Shown here: positions 41,101-50,492 of the stretch, one piece after another
Layout: every line of letters begins with the position of its first letter
How positions within the stretch are numbered: the first letter of the stretch is position 1
Source: Eledone cirrhosa
Taxonomy: Eukaryota
Direction of reading: 5' to 3'
NCBI GenBank assembly: GCA_964016885.1
Contig: OZ024740.1
Coordinates: 387,376,001-387,440,000 of the forward strand
Length of the DNA stretch: 64,000 bases
The notes under the pieces: generated by a model
Seen by the model: the letters and a program-made list of their open reading frames with translations, nothing else
What the model was told of the DNA's origin: nothing
The model's database searches: none
Program-made: the position numbers and the translations under genes

Positions 41101-44045
41101 ATGGAAGGACAGATGTTAATTTAAGATCCAACTTGATTATGCCAATCCATGCTTTCAGCTGTCCATCTCACAGTTTATGACATCCAAGGCATGACTGCAT
41201 TGTGGATGAATTCACTTCATGGGCAGCAAAATGCATAACCAAATCATTCTTTTGACTATTCACAGATGATATAGAACAATCAAGCTTGCAAGATCAAATT
41301 AAAGCAAGTACAATAGACAAAACAAGCCAAATATTGCCATGCTATCAATCCGTTTTAGTTTTTTTTTTACTCCATATTGAGAATTGGATAATGAGAGATT
41401 TCCATTAATGACTGAATCTGTTCATCGTTTCTGTATCAATTTTTATTAATGAAGGTAAAGTTGCTAGCCTCTCACTCTATTGCACCTCTTTTTCAATATA
41501 GGCCACAAACTAACGTAGCATTTCAAAGTCAAGGAGAGGGGAGGGGATTCTGTAACCACATTCCAGCTAAGCCTGGGACTCTAGTAGGGGAGATTTGCCA
41601 CACCCTATAAGTAATGTTTAGGGTCACTATCTATGATAAAATGTAAAGTACCAAAAGTTGCAGAAAAGAGAAAAATAGGAGAAACAGTACCTGTTCTGTG
41701 ACAATAATTACAGCAGAAGCTGGTGGTAAGTTATTTTCATACAAATAATTCACTGGTAGAATAAAGAATAACATTTGATAAACGACAAAGAGACCTAGCC
41801 AAATCCAGTCCCAAAATTCTGAAAAATAAGAAATCAGTATATTTTAAATGAGAAATTGTGTGTGTGGATCTGGTTTATATGTAAAACTACTATCTCTCAA
41901 CTTTACAGGGTTGATGAAGTAAAACACGGTTCAATTTAATCGACTTAACCTTTCCTCAAAATTGTTGGCCTTATGCCTAAATCAGAAACCAATACTAATA
42001 TTTAGAGCACTGGACAGTAACTGTATAACAAAGGAGACAGTATAGAGGTGAGATTTTAGTTTTGATAAACACTCTCTTTACTGCTGGTGGTGCAATAAAA
42101 TGCACCTAATCTATACTGTTAAGTGGTTGATGATAAGAAAAGCATCCAGCTAATAAAACTATGCCAAATCATGGCAGTCACAAATGCAATGAAAAAAAAA
42201 AAACACTGCTCACAGCCATGGAGCATGTGTGAGAATTTCTTAATCATCACAAAACTTTCTGCAGACAGAAATTTTCTTTGAGTTCCTTTTGCTCCCCATG
42301 GAGCATTGAAGCGATGAGAGATTTCCATTTTGCACAGTTGTAAGCTCTGTCATAGGCCTGCTCCCAGGCAAGGCCCATGTCTGCCAGTTTTCCTCCACAG
42401 ACCTCAGCCAGGTCTCGATGGGTCTCCTTACTTCCTTCTGGCTTCCAATCGAGGGAGGCCCTCACTGGTCACTTTGTACATATGCTTAGCACATGGCCAA
42501 GCATCTTCCACTGTTGTATGGTAATGGTATCCAATAAATTACTCAATAACCTACATTAAATCAAATGTTTACACTTATAATTGTTTTTTTTTTTTAATCT
42601 CTAAATACATTAAAAAGTAACTTACTATAAATTGTGATTTTTTTTGTAGAAGCCCAATAATAAAAAGCTGGATAGAATATCAATAAGGTTGCCAACTGCA
42701 TACACACCCAAAGAGCCATTACTTTGGGAAATTTACCAAATGCCCATTGTATCAAATTGAAGTCAAGATGGAGTCTGCAAGACAGAAATAATTTGACATA
42801 TTGAAAAATGAAACTGAATCAATTACACAAAAAGTGTATATATTTTTGTTCTTTGCTGTAGGGGAGTCTGTGCTGCTGTACGGGTCTGAGACTTGGACAC
42901 TGACCAAGAAACTCATTCAGATGGTGGATGGGTGCTATACGAGAATGCTGAGGATGAAGAACTCAGAGCTGTACGGGAGCCTTCCAAAAGTCTGCTCAAA
43001 AGTGACACAGAGGAGACTGAGGTTAGCTGGACATGCTCACCGACATCCAGAGTTGACACTGCACTCAGTGCTCCTGTGGGAGCCCCTGCATGGACACACT
43101 GGAAGAGGAAGACCGAGGTTAACATATGTTGATGCCCTAAGGACAGAGACTGTTGGAGACGCAGGACATGGCAGCGATAATGAGGGACAGAGACTGCTGG
43201 AGAGAACCCACCAAGGATCTCGGGAATTTTACCCGCTCTAGATAGATAGATGCCATTACATTACCATATTTCTAATGAAAGACACTGTTAATTGTTTAAA
43301 TAATTTTGAAAATATAGAATTTAGAGGGATTTAGTAATATAACTTTCTCATTATTAAGCTGCTGTTTGGAACATAACTTAACAAAGGTTCTAACATAAAA
43401 TCATGAAATTTTTTTAGATAGCTATAAACCAAATAAAATTTACAGCATTATATCACAGAATCAAGGGTAGTTTGGCATCAAAGGGGTTAAGAAGACTATT
43501 GGAAATTAATGATTAACAACAGAATTGTAAGTTTCCTTTATGATAAACTGAAATCTAATGAATTGAGGAACTGCTGCAGTAATGTGCCAGCTTCAGCATT
43601 TGGTAATCAGAAGAAGGGAGGTAGATGTAAAAGCCAAACTCACTATCTTCAATTCAGATCATGCCAACCCTTACCTATGGTCATGAATCTCAGGTAATGA
43701 CTGTAAGAATACAATCGTGAATGCATGCAGCTGAAATGGGGTTCCTCAAAAGGGTCTTTGGTATAACGTTACTCGATAGAGTGCATAGCTGAGAAGAAGA
43801 AGAAGAAGAAGAAGAAGAAGAAGAAGAAAAAGAAAAAGAAAAAGAAGAAGAAGAAGAAGAAGAAGAAGAAGAAGAAGAAGAAGAAGAAGAAGAAGAAGAA
43901 GAAGAAGAAGAAGAAGAAGAAGAAGAAGAAGAAGAAGAAGAAGAAGAAGAAGAAGAAGAAGAAGAAGAAGAAGAAGAAGAAGAAGAAGAAGAAGAAGAAG
44001 AAGAAGAAGAAGAAGAAGAAGAAGAAGAAGAAGAAGAAGAAGAAG

Positions 44046-44076
<31 letters not shown>

Positions 44077-46620
44077 GTAAAAAAATAAAAATGTAAAAAA
44101 ATAAAAATGTAAAAAAATATCAATTATCAGTGATCGGAGAATCCATAAAATGGAGCCCATGAACTAATGAGATGGTTCACAAGATGTTCTAAATAATTTG
44201 TTATCTAGGTGACCTAATTAGTGATGTTTTTAGTAAAAATATTGGAAATTGGAATTAGGGTTTGAAGTTCAAAGAGCTGTTATATCTGTTGGCAACAAAA
44301 GCTTTCGTGAGACAAAATCTCTAAATGGTTACTCAACATGCTTGAAATAGCTGTTAAATATCCTATAACTCCATACTAATTTTTTTAAAAGTTGGAAATA
44401 CACATTGGTGCTAAATATATTATGCTTAAACAATGTGATGGTCACATATGGAATGCCTTTGACCCTAGGTCTGCTCAATCGGTACTTAGCAACAATAGAA
44501 TCATCTTTGCATATAAGACAGAATAATATACAAAGAATGTGTAAGAACTGTGGTGCAGAATGCTAGTGAGACATTGGCATTGGATATAGAGATTTGCAAA
44601 GGAAGGAGAAGAATGACTGAGTATGATATGTTGTATGTATAACATCAAATTAAATAAAAGGTAGAATGTTAGTGAGCAAATAAAGTAGCTGGGCCTTAAA
44701 GGTATGAGTAACTGTATGCAAATAACACAGCTACATTGGTATGGACTTGTGGTGATAACTACTAACCCTTTCGTGACCATATTTCTAATGAGATACATCA
44801 TATTTCAATTAATTATTGAAAAATTTTGAGGGATTTACTAAAATTAATAATAATTTCATTAAGTATTTTAACCCTTTAGCATTTATATTACTCCGTATAT
44901 ACTGTTGTATTTTTGTGGTAAAGCCTTTATCTCACATAATATCAAATCTATGAAATTTTGATATTATTTATTTTAAGAACAATACCTTAACATCAGTATG
45001 AGTGGCCAGTTACAGCCAGTTTGAACAGAATGAGGTGAGAGAATTCTGGCCGGATATGGCCAGTTTAAATGCTAAAGGGTTAACATATGGTTCTTATATG
45101 AATTATGTTGGAAGATTTAAATTTAAATATGAATCTCTTAAATTGAGGGTTTGTTTCATATAAAACGAGAGTAGATTGGTATCAAAAAGGTTAATTGGAA
45201 AATGTTAAATGCTGAGAGCGGAAGATATTCCCAAAAGAAGACAAGAAATAGTAAAGTCAGAAATCAGGATGTTAGGCATCATAGATGAGATGATTCAGAA
45301 TATAGAGGAATGTCAATATGAAATACAGGAGATATGAAATATAGGAGAAATCATATGTTAAAATGATGTGTGTTGATTACTTACCTGCCTGTGTCAATGA
45401 GATCATATACAATAGTATTTAGACTGAATACCAGCAGAATAGCCACAAAGATATTATAAATTGTTTGGATATGAGTTATTTCCAAGAGCTCCCTGGAATA
45501 TTAAAACAAGAAAATTTAATGAAATCATAAAAATCTACAAAACAACACATCACTCAGTTTGTATGATGTCTCTAGTGCTGGTGCCATGATAAAATGCACT
45601 CGGTAGAGCATAGGAATATATGTGAGATGTAGGTCCCCAGCTTATCTGATAGGTCAGTAACTCCACTTGAATACTTACTCAGTCTGTGAAGACCCGTTCA
45701 ACCCTTGTTAGCAGGGAAGACAGACGTTAAATGATGATAATGATTTGACTTGGAAGTAAGACGTGGATCAATTTATACTTTGTTGATCAGTTACCATTAT
45801 TGGCTCTACTTCCTTTAAATCTTGCCATAATTACCTTTGCCCTATGTAAACATGTTCTTAAGATATGCTTCTAGTGGCAGTAAAAATTAGATTGAAGAAA
45901 GAATTTAGCTAACATATTAGCAGGCTGAGATCTCCTTGATTGGATGGACAACACAAAGTTCACACAAAAGACATCCATTTTAAGCCTCTCGAATTAAATA
46001 TTTGTTCATAGACAATTTGCTTTAAGCATATTCTGCTGCTTTCATCTTTGTATAACATATAGCTGTACATATTGTGGATGCTGAAGAATCTTTAAAACTT
46101 TAAGAAATAGTTATAGCCACTCTGTAAAGTGGTAACAACTGAACTGAAACTATGTAGGATTGAGAGGATCCATTTAGTCCTGTTGAGGACATAACCTCTA
46201 TAGTACTGGTGCCATGATCAAATGCCCCAAACTACTATGTATAGTGGTTGACATTAAGAAGGGCATCCAGTCATTGAAACCATGTCAAAAATGGAACATA
46301 CAGGTGAGATGAGGTTCTCCAACCCATCAAATATCAAAGTGTATTAACCAATCCAAGCTATGCCAGCATGGAAATATTATATTTTAACCTTCAATGTAAT
46401 ATATTTTTATTCAGTCAACACATAGGAGTGTCTAAAGTACTGATTTAACTAGAGAGATATTGTTCATTGGAATTAATTTGAGAATGTGGATCACCTTGTC
46501 TCAGCTGTCAATTAAGTGAATCAAACTTAAGTGATAAATTAATAGCAAAATACTTACGTTAAAACAGATCGTCTATTGACAAACACTTTTTCTGGTAATT
46601 CACCCTCTTTCCGCTTAATT
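17108..46620 (-). CDS. SOAT1: Sterol O-acyltransferase 1 (ACAT1, MBOAT family), 5'-partial gene model, 12 coding exons
   Basis: complement(join(46558-46620,45385-45492,42626-42774,41691-41818,40146-40221,39540-39621,31642-31838,25002-25078,23920-24018,20772-20907,18852-18994,17108-17176)). 1327 nt, all introns GT-AG with matching phases, 441 aa plus stop. Motifs recognised from SOAT1: [93 protein letters not shown]. Confidence 0.96.
18852..18994 (-). CDS. SOAT1: SOAT1 coding exon
   Basis: gcag|...|gtgagt; [48 protein letters not shown] (partly in ORF track 18726..18941). Confidence 0.95.
19820..20511 (+). mobile_element. CR1-clade LINE 3' end
   Basis: LETVQR.ST..., [43 protein letters not shown], then 3' UTR and (TTA)n tail. 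Confidence 0.88.
20772..20907 (-). CDS. SOAT1: SOAT1 coding exon with the MBOAT catalytic His
   Basis: ccag|...|gtaagt; [45 protein letters not shown]. Confidence 0.96.
21013..21863. repeat. Nested fold-back (double inverted repeat) element in a SOAT1 intron
   Basis: Outer arms ~21013-21128 / ~21740-21863; inner arms ~21205-21358 / ~21462-21605. Confidence 0.8.
21544..21583 (+). ncRNA. Minimal type-I hammerhead ribozyme motif
   Basis: AUUCG-CUGAAGA-A-AGUCU(UUUA)AGACU-GAAA-AU-U-U-UGAAU, with palindromic AAUU stem III. An inverted, slightly decayed twin lies at ~21228-21266(-). Confidence 0.6.
22450..22793 (-). mobile_element. Young full-length tRNA-derived SINE (family B) with an RTE-derived 3' tail
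   Basis: Head GGAGGCACATGGCTTAGTGGTTAGAGC...GAGTTCAATTCTC, central CCTTGAGCAAGA.ACTTTA, tail GGTGTTAGGAAGGGCATCCAGCTGTAGAAA...GGACGTAAAATGA-(GAT)n. Short TSD CAAATAT. Confidence 0.88.
23920..24018 (-). CDS. SOAT1: SOAT1 coding exon
   Basis: atag|...|gttagt; [33 protein letters not shown]. Confidence 0.96.
25002..25078 (-). CDS. SOAT1: SOAT1 coding exon
   Basis: tcag|...|gtatgt; [26 protein letters not shown]. Confidence 0.96.
28168..29403 (-). mobile_element. 5'-truncated RTE LINE (same family) with an internal ~145-bp deletion, interrupted by a second copy
   Basis: 28168-28657 matches 33240-33714, and 29161-29403 matches ~33861-34103. ORF 29119..29445 gives [18 protein letters not shown]. 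Confidence 0.92.
28680..29156 (+). mobile_element. 5'-truncated RTE LINE 3' end nested antiparallel in another RTE
   Basis: Reverse complement of the 33240-33720 RTE end, with a (GAT)n tail. Flanked by the duplicated TCTGTTCATTTATG (28654-28667 and 29157-29170). Confidence 0.92.
31642..31838 (-). CDS. SOAT1: SOAT1 coding exon
   Basis: ttag|...|gtaagt; [65 protein letters not shown]. Confidence 0.94.
32200..32392 (+). mobile_element. tRNA-derived SINE with Nin/Deu-like core (family A), representative copy
   Basis: A-box TGGCAGTATCGG, B-box GAGTT(C)AAATCCC, core GCCTTTCATCCTTAC.GG.TCGATAAAATAAAGTACCAG, (TTA) tail. About 20 copies, e.g. 1-150(-), 170-345(-), 5183-5365(-), 11833-12035(-), 14978-15190(-), 15455-15670(-), 17385-17545(-), 19100-19465(+, two copies), 23320-23500(+), 27505-27690(-), 58865-59260(+), 61415-61620(+). 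Confidence 0.85.
33232..36320 (-). mobile_element. RTE-clade LINE, near full length, frameshifted, 5'-truncated within the APE domain
   Basis: APE motifs ([26 protein letters not shown]) in ORF 35977..36381. RT N-terminal part (KAAGP, NYRGIKL, QFGF) in 34754..35599. RT core ([48 protein letters not shown]) in 33588..34640. ~330-bp 3' UTR and (GAT)n tail at 33232-33253. Confidence 0.95.
37490..37787 (+). mobile_element. RTE 3' UTR of a sister subfamily
   Basis: Shares gtgtaggtgtcacgac...ggtgttaggaagggcatcc...cttgcctcaagtggga...(GAT)n with the RTE 3' UTR. Confidence 0.8.
39540..39621 (-). CDS. SOAT1: SOAT1 coding exon
   Basis: tcag|...|gtaaga; [28 protein letters not shown]. Confidence 0.95.
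39771..40060 (+). mobile_element. Family B SINE, 5'-truncated
   Basis: Near-identical to the reverse complement of 22450-22730, with an internal 28-bp tandem duplication, (GAT)n tail and flanking ATAATAG. Confidence 0.85.
40146..40221 (-). CDS. SOAT1: SOAT1 coding exon
   Basis: gtag|...|gtaagt; [25 protein letters not shown]. Confidence 0.94.
40290..40542. mobile_element. Representative of an abundant old TTAA/CCCTT-ended MITE family
   Basis: Consensus taaccctttt-gataccaaa...gttccaaacaccagcttaataatgagaaagtt...gaaagggttaa. Decayed copies near 8417-8658, 9680-9905, 11208-11440, 24306-24510, 25297-25545, 30545-30790, 31918-32172, 43255-43490, 52603-52800, 53250-53475. Confidence 0.7.
41691..41818 (-). 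CDS. SOAT1: SOAT1 coding exon
   Basis: tcag|...|gtactg; [43 protein letters not shown]. Confidence 0.92.
42300..42520 (-). mobile_element. RTE LINE C-terminal fragment
   Basis: [12 protein letters not shown]...MGLAWEQA...KWKSLIAS, resembling RTE C-termini. Confidence 0.6.
42626..42774 (-). CDS. SOAT1: SOAT1 coding exon
   Basis: gcag|...|gtaagt; [49 protein letters not shown]. Confidence 0.92.
42855..43250 (+). mobile_element. RTE-type LINE 3' end with (TAGA)n tail
   Basis: ORF 42801..43241: [15 protein letters not shown]...[10 protein letters not shown]...LLWEP..G...RGRPRLTY. Ends in tagatagataga. Confidence 0.85.
43792..44074. repeat. (GAA)n microsatellite, ~280 bp
   Basis: Almost pure GAA, with a short GAAAAA interruption at ~43826-43843. 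Confidence 0.98.
44872..45079. mobile_element. piggyBac-type MITE (TIR CCCTTTAGCATTTA, TTAA TSD) nested in an older piggyBac-type MITE
   Basis: ttaa-ccctttagcattta...taaatgctaaaggg-ttaa. Related copies in the opposite orientation at ~50693-50895 and ~52843-53030. The host MITE spans ~44764-45193. Confidence 0.8.
45385..45492 (-). CDS. SOAT1: SOAT1 coding exon
   Basis: ccag|...|gtaagt; [36 protein letters not shown]. Confidence 0.93.
46558..46620 (-). CDS. SOAT1: SOAT1 coding exon (most 5' exon securely identified)
   Basis: tacag|...|gtaagt; [21 protein letters not shown]; phase 2 to 2. Confidence 0.88.
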
Positions 46621-47089
46621 CTGTAGAAGAAAATAATGTAAAATTTTATAACATGAAAATAGAGGATACACAAATGAGTCTAATGATTAGTTAATTTTCC
46701 CTAAAGCTCTGAAATATTAAAAAAGAAACAAAACTTTGTTCTATGAAAACTATTATTAATTGGTTTATAAAACTTTTATTTTCAAATAATTTGGCAAAAT
46801 AAACCTTTTTCAATAAGTGTTACTTCAGAATGTTCTATAGTATATATATATATATATATATATGTTAGTGCTACTGGTAACATGTATCCCAGTACAACCT
46901 GTCCCATGGTCGGGTTGTTGGCGACTAAACTGGCAAACCCACCAAGGTTTCTTGGTGAGGAGGGTGACTTTGGACATCCTGCAGGACTAAAAACAAAACC
47001 TGTCAAAGGGCAAAGGAGCTCTGAAGAGTCAATGGCCATCCAAAATCAAAGCAGAATTCTAGAAGGAAAACTCTGATATAACACCTGCA

Positions 47090-47430
47090 ACCCTGATGGT
47101 ATCCAATGATGTTGACTTGTTCTTCTTTTTGGTAAATATCATCTTGGTTAAGAGAGTGGGACTGGCTTTGTGCAGTGCCTTTGCTCACTATAAAAGCTTC
47201 ACGGCACAGGCATTGCTTTATATCTGGAGATCTCTCTGCACTTGTCATCACATGGCACCATGGGCCCAGCACTATGTGTCAATAATTGTCACAAGTGTAG
47301 TGTTTGTACCAGAGTTTTCAAGTCGCTGGCTGGACTAAAAAGTCACACTCGTTCAGTGCATCGGTAGGGGTTCTCCTACATGGATATAAAGTAGTGGCCG
47401 TACTCGAAAACGAGTTGGCAGCCACCATGT
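47090..47430 (+). mobile_element. RTE/BovB-like 3' remnant with a C2H2 zinc finger
   Basis: 47281-47367 reads [29 protein letters not shown] diverged copy lies at ~27900-28167. Confidence 0.55.
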
Positions 47431-47527
47431 ATGTATGTATGTAAAAGGTAAACAGAAATAACAATACAATTGGTACAGTATATGGAATGAATATATTGGG
47501 TTAACTCTTGGAATAGCAGGAAGAGGG

Positions 47528-47563
47528 TCTTAACGTTTCGGATGCTAGTCCTTCATCAGAAGA
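47528..47563 (-). ncRNA. Minimal type-I hammerhead ribozyme motif (Penelope-type)
   Basis: Minus strand: UCUU-CUGAUGA-A-GGA(CUAGCA)UCC-GAAA-CG-U-U-AAGA. Intact core, 3-bp stem II, palindromic ACGU stem III, 4-bp stem I. Confidence 0.7.
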
Positions 47564-48659
47564 AAGAATGAGAAATTAAAAAGATTGAAGGGACAGGCAG
47601 GGTAGAATTGGAAAAAATGTTTTTAGAGAAAAATAACAGGTCCATTCATGTTGCCTATATAAACAAAAATTACATTTAAAGGAACTTTATTTGAGAAAAC
47701 TGACACAAGGAAAAAAAATAGAATATCAGGGCAAACTAAAAGTAGAGGAGATATTTAAAATAAAACATGGACACAGGCATGGCAGTTTACTTTGTAATCA
47801 TTCAACCATGTAATTTTGCTTTCAGTCACATTGGGCAAGTATATTCTACTATAGCCTTGGCTTGACCAATGCCTTGTGTGTGAAATTTGGAAGATGAAAA
47901 CTGTGTGGAAGTCTGTTGTATCATCATCATCATTTCTGTTTAGCATCAATTCTTCCATGCTTGCATGGGTTAGACAGGTCATCCTTGCTGGGAGGAAAGT
48001 CTGGCCATGTTGCACCTCGCTCCGGTGAGAACTGTAAATTTGGCCGGGTATTTTACAACTAGATGCCCTCCCTAACACCAACTACATTTACAGTGTGACA
48101 CACACATATATATATAAGAATAGACTAAAATAGAATTATTTCAGTCATATTACACCTTACATATAGGTAAAAACTATAATTTGTAGAGCTTCATTTTTCA
48201 ATAATTATATTTAGGTGTAAAAAGTTACAGTATATTAAAAGTATTAGGCAAAGAGGGAAATATTAATTATGATAATTAATTAATAAACTAAGATGCTGTA
48301 AAACCATCAGTAAGCAATGTTTTAAAATATACCTTATGGTTTTCACAAGAAAATTCAAGTGAAATACATTGTGTTGTTACATGTCTAGACAGCAAAAAGA
48401 CACTAATAATATAAATAAAATTCCATATGCTCTAAGCTTTAAAACAGTAGGTCTGACATCAAAAGCCAGAGGTTAAAAGGGAAGATAGAAATAGATCCAT
48501 AAAAAAATTCTACCTAGATTAATTAAATTAATTAATATACATATATATCATTTATTGTCCATTTTCCATGGGTTGTCACGTTGAGACAAGTCAGGTCTGG
48601 AGACCATGTCATGCTCATATGGATGTGTTTCTATGGCAGGATGTCTTTCCTAACAGTAA

Positions 48660-49025
48660 CCACATTAACGTGTGGGCTGGGTGCTTTTTATCATGGCACA
48701 GAAACGACCACCTTTCAAGGTAAACCAGGTGCTTTTTGTTGTGTCACCAACACAACTACTTTACAGGGTGGACTAGCTGCTTTTTGTCGTGTCACCAACA
48801 CAACCACCTTACAGAGTTGGCTGGCTGCATTTTGTTGTATCACCAGCACGACAACCATACAGTATGGACTGGGCAGTTTTTGTCGTGTGACCAACACGAC
48901 AGCCTTACAGGGTGGACTGGGTGCTTTTTCTCATGTTACCAACACGGCCACCTTATAAAATGGACTGGGTGCTTTTGATAGTGTGGCAACAGCTCAGCGT
49001 ACAGGGTAGACTTTGTGCTTTTTTT
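48660..49025. repeat. 48-bp tandem repeat (~8 units) expanded from a subunit of the RTE-tailed SINE
   Basis: CTGGGTGCTTTTT.TC.TGTCACCAACAC.ACCACCTTACAG.GTGG recurs at 48678, 48725, 48773, 48821, 48869, 48917, 48965. Confidence 0.85.
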
Positions 49026-49249
49026 TATGAGCGCGTCCAGCTTTCATGTTTGTAAGTGTGAGTTGGGCAGGTGAGGGTTGAGAGAGGGGGTGTGCGACAG
49101 GTAAGCAAGTTTGACAGTGATTAGGTGTGTGGGATATTTAGCAGGTGAAAGCAGGGTTTTAAGACCGGGAAGAGTGAAGGGGGGTTAGAGGATTGGTGCA
49201 GACTAGAGTGTCTTCTACATGTTTGTTTCATTTCATTTTGTGCATATGG

Positions 49250-50070
49250 GGAGATGGGTCTTCTGCAGTACATTATGACACTAGAGCACTAGAGATCTTG
49301 ATCTTGTGTCATCTCTTTTGTGAAGTTTAATAGGGCAAGGTCAGCTTTTATCACTTCATCCCAAATTTTCCAAGTGCTTCCTCTTCCATATTTTCCCTCG
49401 ACTTTACCCTGCACTTTTTTTATTCAACTGTCATCCTCCACATGCATCCCATGTCCAAACTACCACAATCTCCTCTCCTGTACACTGCATCTGACCCTTC
49501 TTTTGCCCAGTTTCTCAGTTCACTGATGCTTTGTGATGCTATTATTACACACCCAATGGAGCATGTAAGATTCCAATCTTTGTAGGTCCTCTGCACATAT
49601 TGCCTAGGTCACACTTCCATGCAACATTGCTGGTCATTCTAACCTTGCTGACTGCTCCCCAATACATGGCTTATACAGCCTTCACAAGCCACTCATCTAC
49701 TCCTAGTTTTCTAAGAGCCCATCAGATTGTGGCACAGGAAACTCTGTCAGAAGCTTTCTCCAGGTCAACAAATGCAAGTAGAGTGGCTTACTTTTGGTTA
49801 GGTACTTCCGTAGTTGCTTTACAAGGAAGAGGGCATCAGTGGTATTTTTACCTTGCACAAATCCAATCTGCATCTCATTCAGGTTAACTCTTTTTGAGAC
49901 TTTCACGACCTGGTGCACGAACTTGACTCCTCTATAGTTTCCTCTATCAAGTGCAACTCTTTTGCCCTTGTAGTAGTTGACGATGCTGCTGCTATGCCAG
50001 TCATTGGGTACAACACCGTTTTATATTACTTGGTTTAAAATACAAGTGGTTAAGGTGTAACCCACCATCC
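49250..50070 (-). mobile_element. Decayed RTE LINE fragments
   Basis: ORF 49703..49918 (EMQIGFVQGKNTTDALFLVKQL...KYL.K.KPLY). DNA similarity to 33600-33960 and 34600-35040. Confidence 0.8.
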
Positions 50071-50082
50071 CACCGTATATAT

Positions 50083-50492
50083 AATAATAATAATAATAAT
50101 GAAATTATTGTATAAAGTGCTCAGGTGCACTACAACTCATCAAAGGTGCATGTATAGTACATAGAATAATATACAAATGTCAGGGAAGTGAATAGTGTAC
50201 GAGTCATGATATACACGTGTGTATGTGTATGGAGGGGGAATATTAGGTGAAGTGTTGGAGAATCTCAGAAAGCATGGAGGTTTTAAAGGATTCAGTGTCT
50301 CGACAGCTAACAACTGATGCAGGTAGTTTGTTCCATGCTTCAGCAACTCTGAGCATGAAAAAATGTTTCCGAAAGTCATGGGAACTGTGTTGTTTTCTGA
50401 CTTTGTGGGCATGCCCACGTGTGTTAGACACATGGAAATCAAAAAGGTACTCAGGGTTGTTGTTGGCAAGATGGTTAATGGTTAATATGTCC
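50083..50492 (-). mobile_element. CR1-clade LINE 3' end (same family, opposite orientation)
   Basis: ORF 50243..50494 ([25 protein letters not shown]). Closely similar to 20110-20511. A further 3' UTR piece lies at ~1020-1162. Confidence 0.88.

Noticed and set aside
43690-44160. Poly-Ser and poly-Leu ORFs (156 and 125 aa)
   Set aside because: These are translations of the (GAA)n microsatellite.
48581-48958. 125-aa ORF with 16-aa Cys/Thr-rich repeats
   Set aside because: It derives from a 48-bp retroposon tandem repeat and has no splice or start context.
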